NCBI GenBank assembly: GCA_965261825.1 | Contig: CBDHED010000003.1 | Span: 135,090 to 199,089, forward strand | DNA: 64,000 nt | Direction of reading: 5' to 3' | Source of the DNA: Dehalococcoidia bacterium | GTDB taxonomy: Bacteria; Chloroflexota; Dehalococcoidia; Lucifugimonadales; QGNO01 | Shown: in pieces, positions 29,827 through 38,027 of the stretch | Layout: each line of letters starts with the position of its first letter | Position numbering within the stretch: the stretch's first letter is position 1 | The notes under the pieces: generated by a model | What the model saw: the letters and a program-made list of their open reading frames with translations, nothing else | Database searches by the model: none | Told to the model about the DNA's origin: nothing | Position numbers and translations under genes: made by a program

Positions 29827-30378
29827 ATGATCCTTTCGACCATTGCGGATTGGTTTAGTATTGTTCAAGCGGTTATTGCCTTAATAGCACTAATAGTTGC
29901 GGGCGGCTTTGCCATTTTCAAGTTTCGTCTATTCAGACCCTTTGAACCGCATCTATCGCTCTCGCAGGAAGTTTCCCACAGATTCACGGACAGCGATTAC
30001 GTTCACCTCGCTGTTACCGTTATGTTGAACAATAATTCGAAGGTGCGAGTAATACTTACCAAGGCTTTTGTCCGCTTTCAACAAGTACGTCCGATTACAG
30101 GTTCAGAGTTAGAAAGCCTGTACATCCAAGCGTTTACAAGCGGGGAGTACGCGGACATTCAATGGCGTGTGATAGACGAGTTCCAACGCACTTGGCCTAA
30201 GAACACCCTAATTATAGAACCTGGGGAGACCCATCAAGAGGTCTACGAGTTCATAGTTGCTTCCAGTCTAAAGACAATCCTTGTGTACACTTTCTTCTGT
30301 AACTCTAAGCGTTCCTCTAATTCCGCAGAGGGTTGGGCGGCAACTACGATTCATGATATAGTCCAAGTAGGACTTTGA
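29827..30378 (+). CDS. hypothetical membrane-anchored protein (one N-terminal TM helix plus a ~150-aa domain of unknown function)
   Basis: IVQAVIALIALIVAGGFAIF is the TM segment. The gene is visibly AT-richer than its flanks. No recognisable motif. Confidence 0.55.
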   Translation: MILSTIADWFSIVQAVIALIALIVAGGFAIFKFRLFRPFEPHLSLSQEVSHRFTDSDYVHLAVTVMLNNNSKVRVILTKAFVRFQQVRPITGSELESLYIQAFTSGEYADIQWRVIDEFQRTWPKNTLIIEPGETHQEVYEFIVASSLKTILVYTFFCNSKRSSNSAEGWAATTIHDIVQVGL

Positions 30379-30388
30379 GGTGGACAAT

Positions 30389-30532
30389 ATGGTTAAGAAC
30401 TTTTTCAGAAAAGAAGAAGGTACGAGAGGATCAACGCGGAGAATAGCGCCACCTAAGACCGAAGGCAATGGTAAGCCGCCTGGAGCTGCACCAGTCAAGA
30501 TTGTTGAGAGCGCGCCTGAAAAGAAATCCTAA
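30389..30532 (+). CDS. possible 47-aa Lys/Pro-rich peptide (not in the ORF track)
   Basis: GAGGTGG Shine-Dalgarno 5 nt before ATG 30389, which lies 10 nt after the upstream stop. Sequence: MVKNFFRKEEGTRGSTRRIAPPKTEGNGKPPGAAPVKIVESAPEKKS. Confidence 0.3.
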   Translation: MVKNFFRKEEGTRGSTRRIAPPKTEGNGKPPGAAPVKIVESAPEKKS

Positions 30533-31035
30533 AATCATGGCGAGCGGTAGAACGACCGAAATGTCCATTCTGCCAAACGTGTATTAGCCCGCACTCTTCA
30601 AGTGTCGTGACTTTGAACGCGGAAGCCCGCTTGATTCTTGCGTGCCCTGCCTGTAGAGAGATATTGGGGATTGTCCGCATGTCTACATTAGGAACCTTTC
30701 ATTCTAAGCCGCCACGCCAACCAACCCGCTGGGCAAAGTAGACTTGGCTAGCTAGTGGGTCTATCCTACCCGCCCGCACTGGTACACAGGGGGGTAATTC
30801 CATAAGTGTTATAACCCCACGCCCCTCCGCCATCTCTCCCTTTCCCATTGGCCCATGAATAATCGCCGGGGCATGTCTTGTCCCCAAGCCCGCAACGAAA
30901 AACGTGCTAACCCCTGACGGAATTCGGATTTGTTTCCCATATTTCCAAAAACTTGGTTCGTTCTAGCTTTGAAGTTGACATAACGTTGGAAACAAATATC
31001 CGCCAACGGGAAATTCTATGACACTGTGCACGGTC

Positions 31036-31044
31036 TGCTAGAAT
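31036..31044 (+). promoter_or_regulatory. candidate extended -10 element (TGcTAGAAT) upstream of the DUF3090 gene
   Basis: tgctagaat lies 30 nt upstream of ATG 31074. There is no good -35 element. Confidence 0.25.
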
Positions 31045-31073
31045 AGCTTGGAAACGTCCCAGGTACGGAGAAC

Positions 31074-31598
31074 ATGCCCCAAGCGCAATACAATCTAGGA
31101 CACGTAGCCAAACTTACGGCCAAGTCCATTGGAGAACCCGGTTCAAGGTACTTCCAGGTGGCGGCTGAAGCCAGAAACGGCCAGGCCGTACTGATATGGA
31201 TGGAAAAGGAGCAGCTTTTCAACCTTGGAGTGCAGGTGAAACGGCTGCTTTTCGAATATCAAGAGGAAGCGGAACGCAGCTCCTCTGAAGATTCCTACAA
31301 TGAAGCCGTCTTCGGTGTGCCGGACCCGCCTGTCATCGAGCTAACAGCCGGACAGATGTCGATTGGATATGATCAGACGTCCGCCATGTTCTTCCTGGCG
31401 GCACACCACGTTGATCAAGAAGACCCAGTTCCCCTGGTAAATCTCGAGGCCACGTACAGGGAAATAGACTCTCTGGCGGATCAAGCCTTCGAAGTATGCG
31501 CCGCCGGCAGACCGCGCTGCCTGTTGTGCGGGGCTCCGCTGGACGCGGAAAAGCACCTTTGCCCCAGGCACAACGGACATGGAGTGATGGCTACTTAA
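31074..31598 (+). CDS. DUF3090 family protein
   Basis: NLGHVAKLTAKSIGEPGSRYFQV..., with the C-terminal pattern C-x2-C...CPRHNGH that is typical of DUF3090. Confidence 0.7.
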   Translation: MPQAQYNLGHVAKLTAKSIGEPGSRYFQVAAEARNGQAVLIWMEKEQLFNLGVQVKRLLFEYQEEAERSSSEDSYNEAVFGVPDPPVIELTAGQMSIGYDQTSAMFFLAAHHVDQEDPVPLVNLEATYREIDSLADQAFEVCAAGRPRCLLCGAPLDAEKHLCPRHNGHGVMAT

Positions 31599-31610
31599 CG
31601 GAGTTCATCT

Positions 31611-32348
31611 GTGACGGTCAACAGCAGGAGTGATCGATTTAGTCCTCAACTCTTCGACCTGCTAGCCAGGGGCAAAATGGGCGATTGCAGGCTGACACCG
31701 GATGGGTCTAATTACACGTTTCTAACCACGGTTTCCAAGGGCGGTGAAGACCTCAAGGTGATTTACAAGCCTCGCCGGGGCGAGATGCCTCTGTGGGACT
31801 TTTCTGGAGGTACCCTCTACCTCAGGGAGTATGCGTCTTATCTGCTCAGCGAAGCCTTGGGTTGGGGCTACGTTCCGCCCACAGTGATACGCGACGGGGC
31901 ATTTGGAGAAGGCTCGGTGCAGCTCTACGTAGAGTGTGATAGAAGACAGCATTACTTCACCCTGCGCGAACGTTTCATAGAGGATATGTTGCGCGTCTGC
32001 GCCTTCGATGTCGTTGCCAACAATGCGGATAGAAAGGCAACTCACACCCTGCTGGGCAACGACGGTGGCGTATGGCTGATTGACCATGGGATCACCTTCC
32101 ACGATCAACACAAGTTGAGGACGGTGATATGGGACTTTGCCGGGCAGATGTTGCCGCACTGGCTGCTGGAAGAGCTGGAGTCACTCAGGGATAGCTTCGA
32201 TGCGCCGGAAGGGCTGGCCGAAGGCCTGAGCAAGCTGCTCAGCAAGCCTGAAGTGGATGCGACTCTATACAGGTTACAGGAGCTGATAGATCAGGGAGAG
32301 TTCCCCATTCCCACTCTGAGACGGGCCGTCCCTTGGCCGTGGCTCTAA
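31611..32348 (+). CDS. SCO1664-family protein (PI3/PI4-kinase-like fold)
   Basis: Motifs: DGSNYTFL...VIYKPRRGEMPLWDF, NNADRKATHTLL, WLIDHGITFH (kinase-like catalytic/DxG segment). This family is the usual partner of DUF3090. Confidence 0.7.
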   Translation: MTVNSRSDRFSPQLFDLLARGKMGDCRLTPDGSNYTFLTTVSKGGEDLKVIYKPRRGEMPLWDFSGGTLYLREYASYLLSEALGWGYVPPTVIRDGAFGEGSVQLYVECDRRQHYFTLRERFIEDMLRVCAFDVVANNADRKATHTLLGNDGGVWLIDHGITFHDQHKLRTVIWDFAGQMLPHWLLEELESLRDSFDAPEGLAEGLSKLLSKPEVDATLYRLQELIDQGEFPIPTLRRAVPWPWL

Positions 32349-32349
32349 A

Positions 32350-33110
32350 TTAGAGCCATGGCGCTCCCCTCTGGTAGCCGCCCGTGAGCTGCAATGCAGT
32401 CCCAGACACCCATCTTGAAGCCGGACTGACCAGGTACAACACGGCTTGACCCACATCCCGCGGGGTGCCAAGCCCAAGGGGGTAACTTTTGACCCTTGCC
32501 TCGCGCTCTTCCCGCGACCATCCGAAATCCCGCGACTCTACTTCCGCCGGCATGATTGCGTTTACCCGGACACCCTTGTCCGCTACGTGGGCGGAGAAGG
32601 CAGCCGTAAGCCCAATTAGACCTGCTTTGGCCGCATTGTAGGCAGGCGACCCCCCGGCGCTGGCGACCCGTGCAGCTTGCGAGCTTATATTCACAATGCA
32701 CCCCTCGCCGGCTTCCAGCATGGGTCTGAGAGCGGACTGAGAGCAGTAGAACACGCCACTCAAGTTCACATCTATCACCCGCTGCCACTCCTCTATCGGC
32801 AGGTCCCACGCGTTGCCTCTAGGTGCGTCTATTCCCGCGTTGTTAACCAGAATGTCCAAGCGGCCGTACTCCTCCAGGGAAAGCTCAACCAGGCGGTGGG
32901 CGTCTTCCGGTCTGCTGGTGTCCATTACAATGTGGCTTGCTCTGCTGCCTTTGGAGCCACCTCGTCAGCAGTCGCCGTCGAATCCTGGAGGTCGCCGATG
33001 ACTATTGTGGCGCCGGCTTCGGCAAGGACCTGGGCAATGCCTCGGCCAATACCCTGAGCGGCCCCGGTGACTATCGCCACCCTTCCATCAAGTCTGCTGC
33101 TGTCCCTCAT
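32350..33110 (-). pseudogene. SDR-family oxidoreductase interrupted by a -1 frameshift (or a sequencing indel)
   Basis: N-terminal ORF 32925-33110 (VAIVTGAAQGIGRGIA) and C-terminal ORF 32350-32925 (NNAG, S...YNAAK) are two halves of one SDR. Adding one A to the AAA run (plus-strand TTT 32950-32952) restores ...APKGSRASHIVMDTS... Confidence 0.75.
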
Positions 33111-33146
33111 TTCTGTTCCTCCCGGATGATCTGCCTGTCTGCGAGC

Positions 33147-33593
33147 TTAGCTACACTTCCCGGACCTGCTTCGCTCTTCCAAGCAGCCAAAGATCCTGTC
33201 TGCCAGGAAGACCGCGGCGCCCTTCGAAATAGTGTCGGGTATCGCTGCCAGCAGCCCGCTTGACTTCATCTCCGCGCTCCATATCAGCTTTGTCTGATCC
33301 ACATGCTCCTCTAACCTCATTTCAGTCAGAATCTCAAAAGCGCTGCCAATGGACTTGCCGTCTATCCTTACTCTGGTCAGGTGATTCTCCATGCTCAGCA
33401 CTTCAAAGTTCAGGGTGACCGTCCCCTTCAAGAAAGTGAAGGAATGGCCCACTTTGACAACGAAATGCGTAGGGTCTTCTTCCTTGAAGCTCTTGATGTT
33501 AGGGATGCATTCACTTATCCCCTTGGGGTCAGAAGTGAGTTTCCAGACCTCCTCCACGGGAGCACCGATTGAATATTCTTTCTCTGCATGCAT
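33147..33593 (-). CDS. SRPBCC / CoxG-family protein
   Basis: 148 aa. IGAPVEEVWKLTSDPKGISECIPNI...GTVTLNFEV fits the CoxG (PF06240) pattern. Confidence 0.6.
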   Translation of the reverse strand: MHAEKEYSIGAPVEEVWKLTSDPKGISECIPNIKSFKEEDPTHFVVKVGHSFTFLKGTVTLNFEVLSMENHLTRVRIDGKSIGSAFEILTEMRLEEHVDQTKLIWSAEMKSSGLLAAIPDTISKGAAVFLADRIFGCLEERSRSGKCS

Positions 33594-33614
33594 AATTAGG
33601 TAGTTGTTGGCCTA

Positions 33615-34808
33615 ATGTTAACTAGTCCCGGGTTTGTGTTGCAGCCCATGAGAGCGGAAGACAAGAAAACCTTAGAAGACGTCCAACACTTCTGCGATAA
33701 TCTTCGCCCTTTGGAAGACATATTCTACCTTGAACACAAGTACAACGACCAACTGATTCCCCTTGCACGGGAATCGAACATTCTGGGCATGCCCGTCAAG
33801 GAGCAGTACGGTGGCCGGGGTTTGAGCAGTCTGTTGTACGCGGAAGCCATGGAAAGGATCGCTGCGGAAGGCGCTGGCATCCGTACGTTCTTCTCCGGAC
33901 ATTCCTCTCTGGGGCAAAAGACCTTGCAGCACTTTGGGACGGATTTTCAGAGGCAAAAGTACCTTCTCCCCTCAACCAGAGGGGAGATTATTCTGGCGTT
34001 TGCACTCACGGAGCCGGATGCGGGGAGCGACCCACTCTCTATGACGATGAACTGGGAAGACAAGGGCGACCACTACCTTTTGAACGGAGTCAAGTACCTC
34101 ATCTCCAACGCAGGCGTTGCCGATGTCATAGTAACGTTCGCCAGGGGATCGGATGGATGGATAAGCGCTTTCCTTGTCGATACCCGGGAAGAGGGTATTG
34201 AGCGAGAAGACCTGGCCGCAAAGATGGGCATGCCAACCACTAACACCGGCATGTTCGAGTTGACCGACTATCGAGTCCCCAGGGAGAACCTCCTTGGCAA
34301 GAAGGACGATGGTTGGAATATTGCCAAGTATTCATTGTTGAACGGTCGCCTGAGCGTTGCCGCCGGCAGCGTTGGCACCATATCCGACTGCTTGGCGGAG
34401 TCCCTGAGCTTTGCCAAGGAGAGGGTACAGCACAGGAAAGCAATAGCCATGCATCAGCTGATTCAAGAGCACATCGCGATAATGAAGACAAACTTGGAGT
34501 CGTCCAGGCTTATGGTCAGGAGGGCCGCTCATCTGGTGGACAGGTTTGAGGAAGAAGGCGACGACGAATCGTTCGAAGCTGCCGATACCGCGGTAGCCGA
34601 GGCCAAGTTTCACGCTACCAATGCCGCCTGGGATGCCGCCGATAGGGGTGTTCAGATCCTGGGAGGCAGGGGATGGTCGTTCCTGTACAGGCCGGGCAGG
34701 CATCTTGTAGATACCAGGGTCTGCCGTATATACGAAGGCACCGATGAGATTATGAAGCTGAAGATAGCATCGGCGCTTCTGGGTAAAGGGTTTGAAGCCT
34801 ACCGGTAG
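33615..34808 (+). CDS. acyl-CoA dehydrogenase
   Basis: Motifs: FALTEPDAGSDP, YLISNAG, RIYEGTDEIMKLKIA. The start could instead be ATG 33648. Confidence 0.85.
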   Translation: MLTSPGFVLQPMRAEDKKTLEDVQHFCDNLRPLEDIFYLEHKYNDQLIPLARESNILGMPVKEQYGGRGLSSLLYAEAMERIAAEGAGIRTFFSGHSSLGQKTLQHFGTDFQRQKYLLPSTRGEIILAFALTEPDAGSDPLSMTMNWEDKGDHYLLNGVKYLISNAGVADVIVTFARGSDGWISAFLVDTREEGIEREDLAAKMGMPTTNTGMFELTDYRVPRENLLGKKDDGWNIAKYSLLNGRLSVAAGSVGTISDCLAESLSFAKERVQHRKAIAMHQLIQEHIAIMKTNLESSRLMVRRAAHLVDRFEEEGDDESFEAADTAVAEAKFHATNAAWDAADRGVQILGGRGWSFLYRPGRHLVDTRVCRIYEGTDEIMKLKIASALLGKGFEAYR

Positions 34809-34826
34809 GGAGGTGTGCCTGGCTGG

Positions 34827-34845
34827 TGTGATTCATCGAATCACA
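34827..34845. promoter_or_regulatory. perfect 8-3-8 palindrome, candidate operator
   Basis: TGTGATTC-ATC-GAATCACA, located in the spacer between the ACAD gene and the ABC binding-protein gene. Confidence 0.4.
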
Positions 34846-34904
34846 ATTCCGTGTTTCGACGGAAATCATGACCTGACCGAGGGAAATCGTACACCTGATT
34901 AATT

Positions 34905-34918
34905 GTGATTCTAATCAC
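34905..34918. promoter_or_regulatory. second palindrome sharing the GTGATT half-site
   Basis: GTGATT-CT-AATCAC. GGAAATC direct repeats lie between the two palindromes. Confidence 0.35.
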
Positions 34919-35057
34919 GATGCAAAGGACTTGACAAGCTCCGAAGTGCGTTTTAAGGTTAGGAACTTCAGAGGGTGCAGCTTGGTTGTTGGTATACCCC
35001 TGTTAAAACGAGGTGGGTCGATTTGCTAGTGTCGGAATCGACGAGTGATGAGGAGTC

Positions 35058-36923
35058 ATGATGTTGAAACCAATGCCGCAGTTACTAGTTCGCTTGATGA
35101 TAGGTGCCGCTCTGCTGTTGATGCTGGCATGTGGCACCGCCGAAGAAGCCACTCCGACTTCTTCGGCTCCCACTCCGACACCTACCTTATTCGTGCCTGC
35201 GGTGCCTGCGGTGCCGGTACTCGCAACGGCGACACCGACTCCGCTGCCCGGCGTTACTGCCGTACCAACAGCCACCTCCACACCGGTGCCGGTTGGCGAC
35301 CAGCCGAAGTACGGCGGCGTCCTTCGTTTCGCTAACTCTGCCCAGCATACGCTGGATACCATTGCAAACACCGGGTCCAACTACGGGGCCATGATAGGCG
35401 AGGCCGCCATCTTCAACCAGCTCGTCAGAGTCAACAACCAGGACTGGGTCACGGTCGAAGCTGACCTGGCCGAGTCGTTCTCTGTAAGCGGTGATGGTAC
35501 TGTATGGAAGTTCCAGATCCGCCAGGGAGTGGTGGACCATGAGGGCGACCCATATACCGTGGATGACGCCTACTGGGGTGTGCTCCGTATCATAGAACGT
35601 CCCAACGGCGTGCAGGCTTTTCGCCAGTCGTGCCTTCGCTCCTATCTAGAAGATGTCTGGGACGAGAACATGCAGGCGTTGCCCAACGGTGGAGCCGAGA
35701 TCACCGGCGCCAATGAGTTGACGGTGCGCCTCAAAGCGCCTGCGATGAGCTTTATTCCTTGCATCGCTAACCACGCAGTGGTGTTTCAGCCGTCCAAGTA
35801 TGTGAAGCTCATAGACACCGACCCTAGTGGAGAGACCAGGGATCTGACGGTGGCTGAATACGTAGGCACAGGTCCCTTCAAATTCAAGGACATGCGTTTG
35901 GACGACTTCTTCGCCGTGGAGCGGTACGATAACTACTTCAGAGAGGGGCTCCCATATCTGGACGGGATCGAGGTCTTCGTAATGCCCGAGCAGAGCACCT
36001 GGGAGGCCGCTTTTAGCACCGGCAGGATAGACTTCAACTCCAACTCCGTTGGCCCGTACGTAGTCTCTAACGCGACGGTAGACCAGATGAAACGCGTGCT
36101 CGGAGATACCGTGCAGTTCGACAGGGTCCTGGCCATGGGTCTCGGCGGCTTTGACGTAAACGTTCGCCGACCGCCTTTCGGTCCTGCCGAGGATCCCAAT
36201 GCAAAGAAACTCCGCTGGGCGATTCAGATAGCCATCGACCGAGGCGAGATCAACGAACTGGTCTACGATTCGAACGGCTACTTCACCTTCCCATACTTCG
36301 TGGGCTGGAGCTGGATACACACGGAGCAGGAGTGGTTGGCCAATTTCCAGGGTTTCGACCCCAGCCCAGAGGCCAAGGCCAGAGACATGGCAGAGGCCAG
36401 GCAGATCATGGAAGAGCTTGGCTACGGTCCGGACAACAGGCTGAGTTTCACCTTCCTGGCGAGTCCGACGGGTGTGACGCCCGCCTACGCCCAGGTGGTG
36501 GCCAGGCAGTTGCGCGACCTTTATATGGACATAGAGGTTGTAACCTCACCTGAGCGTACCGCGATATCCCGCACAGGCGATTTTGATATTGTCACATTCA
36601 TGAACGGTGCCAGCTTCCCTGACCCTGACACCTTCAATACAGATATCAACCTTGAGTGGGGCAAAGGTGGACAGCGGGTAAGTGGCTGGACGAACCCCGA
36701 ATGGCTGGCGATGCATGAACAGCAGGCGCTGGCTCAAACTTTGGAAGAACGCGCCGTTATCCTGCGGCAGATGGCACAGATCTGGCACGAAGACTCGTTG
36801 CGCATCGGCACTGTCCGGCCCGAGATGAATGAGGGGTGGAGGACGTATATCAAAGGGTGGATATCACCACCCTACCACTTCATTCAGCGTAACTTCGAGC
36901 GTGTCTGGATAGACAAGTCGTAG
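35058..36923 (+). CDS. ABC transporter substrate-binding lipoprotein, family 5 (peptide/opine/nickel type), copy 1
   Basis: Lipobox LMLACG, a Pro/Thr linker, then PKYGGVLRFA... and an SBP_bac_5-like body. 621 aa. Confidence 0.85.
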   Translation: MMLKPMPQLLVRLMIGAALLLMLACGTAEEATPTSSAPTPTPTLFVPAVPAVPVLATATPTPLPGVTAVPTATSTPVPVGDQPKYGGVLRFANSAQHTLDTIANTGSNYGAMIGEAAIFNQLVRVNNQDWVTVEADLAESFSVSGDGTVWKFQIRQGVVDHEGDPYTVDDAYWGVLRIIERPNGVQAFRQSCLRSYLEDVWDENMQALPNGGAEITGANELTVRLKAPAMSFIPCIANHAVVFQPSKYVKLIDTDPSGETRDLTVAEYVGTGPFKFKDMRLDDFFAVERYDNYFREGLPYLDGIEVFVMPEQSTWEAAFSTGRIDFNSNSVGPYVVSNATVDQMKRVLGDTVQFDRVLAMGLGGFDVNVRRPPFGPAEDPNAKKLRWAIQIAIDRGEINELVYDSNGYFTFPYFVGWSWIHTEQEWLANFQGFDPSPEAKARDMAEARQIMEELGYGPDNRLSFTFLASPTGVTPAYAQVVARQLRDLYMDIEVVTSPERTAISRTGDFDIVTFMNGASFPDPDTFNTDINLEWGKGGQRVSGWTNPEWLAMHEQQALAQTLEERAVILRQMAQIWHEDSLRIGTVRPEMNEGWRTYIKGWISPPYHFIQRNFERVWIDKS

Positions 36924-36932
36924 ACTGGAGAC

Positions 36933-36979
36933 ACGCAAGTGCCCTGGGGGTCATTGAACCTCCTCCGGGGCACTTGCGT
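36933..36979 (+). other. 12-bp-stem hairpin between the binding-protein and permease genes
   Basis: acgcaagtgccc (36933-36944) pairs with gggcacttgcgt (36968-36979). The loop is 23 nt. Confidence 0.5.
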
Positions 36980-37025
36980 ACACTGTGCCAACTAATGTGC
37001 CCCGGGTCTTGTGACGGAGGAGCAG

Positions 37026-37985
37026 GTGAAAAAATACATTGGCAAACGGCTTTTGCTATTTTTTCCAACCCTGACAGGCGTAGCTCTAGCTATCTTCATT
37101 CTGATGAGAATTGTGCCCGGAGACACGGCTGAGCTTATCCTGGCCGGACCGAGCGGCGAGGCGTCGTACACTCAAGAAGACCTGGATCGTTTGCGTGTGC
37201 AGCTTGGCTTGGACAAGCCCATATACGTTCAGTTCGTGCGGTGGGTAGCGGACCTGGCACGGGGCAATCTGGGGTATTCAGCAGCCAAGAAGAGGCCAGT
37301 AGCTGGCGAGCTACAGCGTCAGTTCCCTGTGACTCTACAGCTGGGACTCTTAAGCGTTATTGTGATCTGGAGCATCTCAATCCCTATCGGTGTCCTTGCT
37401 GCGGTTAGGCAGGACTCCTGGATCGATTATGTTTTTCGCGGTACAGCTATCGTTGGCCTTGCCATGCCAAGCTTCTTTGTTGGCCTGCTGGTAATCCTGG
37501 TGCTATCCCGGTTCTTCAACTGGCTACCGCCATTCGGATTTGTCCACGTATGGGATAATCCTACGATCAGTTTTCAGCAGCTGATCTTCCCGGCCGTTGC
37601 ACTTGGATTCAGTTCCAGCGGTACGCTGCTCAGGATGACTCGCACCCAGGTACTAGAGGTCTTGCGTGAAGACTACATTCGCACGGCGCGCGCCAAAGGA
37701 CTGAGCGGAAAAGTAGTGCTCTGGCGGCATGCCGTGCGCAACTCCCTACTGCCGGTAGTGACCATTGCAGGGACACAGATAGGGTTTCTGTTCTCTGGTA
37801 CGGTTGTAATTGAGCGGATTTTTAACATCCCAGGAGTAGGACGAGGGCTCCTAGAGGCGCTTACCGTTCGGGATCTGAATGTGATCCAAGCCTACATTAT
37901 GTATTTTGCGTTTATCGCCCTGGTCGCCAACCTTCTGGTGGACCTGACTTACGCCTGGTTGGATCCCAGGATACGTTACGGATAG
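37026..37985 (+). CDS. ABC transporter permease (DppB/OppB-like)
   Basis: The N-terminus (V)KKYIGKRLLLFFPTL parallels MRNYIIKRVLLFIPTI of the paralog at 48406. EAA-like motif RTARAKGLS. GTG 37026 with a GGAGG upstream. Confidence 0.85.
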   Translation: MKKYIGKRLLLFFPTLTGVALAIFILMRIVPGDTAELILAGPSGEASYTQEDLDRLRVQLGLDKPIYVQFVRWVADLARGNLGYSAAKKRPVAGELQRQFPVTLQLGLLSVIVIWSISIPIGVLAAVRQDSWIDYVFRGTAIVGLAMPSFFVGLLVILVLSRFFNWLPPFGFVHVWDNPTISFQQLIFPAVALGFSSSGTLLRMTRTQVLEVLREDYIRTARAKGLSGKVVLWRHAVRNSLLPVVTIAGTQIGFLFSGTVVIERIFNIPGVGRGLLEALTVRDLNVIQAYIMYFAFIALVANLLVDLTYAWLDPRIRYG

Positions 37986-38027
37986 CAAAAAGTGTAACAG
38001 TGAGCAGTTCTCACAAGGATCAGTTGC

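Noticed and set aside
30562-30740. Zinc-ribbon-like reading frame (CPFCQTC...ACPACREILGIV) in the low-GC islet, and the opposite-strand 61-aa ORF at 30495-30680.
   Set aside because: There is no ATG, GTG or TTG between the upstream in-frame stop (30517) and the first CxxC. The antisense ORF has no Shine-Dalgarno or motif. At most this is a decayed gene.
32920-32960. Programmed ribosomal frameshifting as the explanation for the three split genes (also at about 55692 and about 57250).
   Set aside because: There are no slippery heptamers or downstream pseudoknot-like structures. All three breaks coincide with simple 2-3-nt mononucleotide runs in unrelated genes. That pattern fits indel errors or recent decay better.
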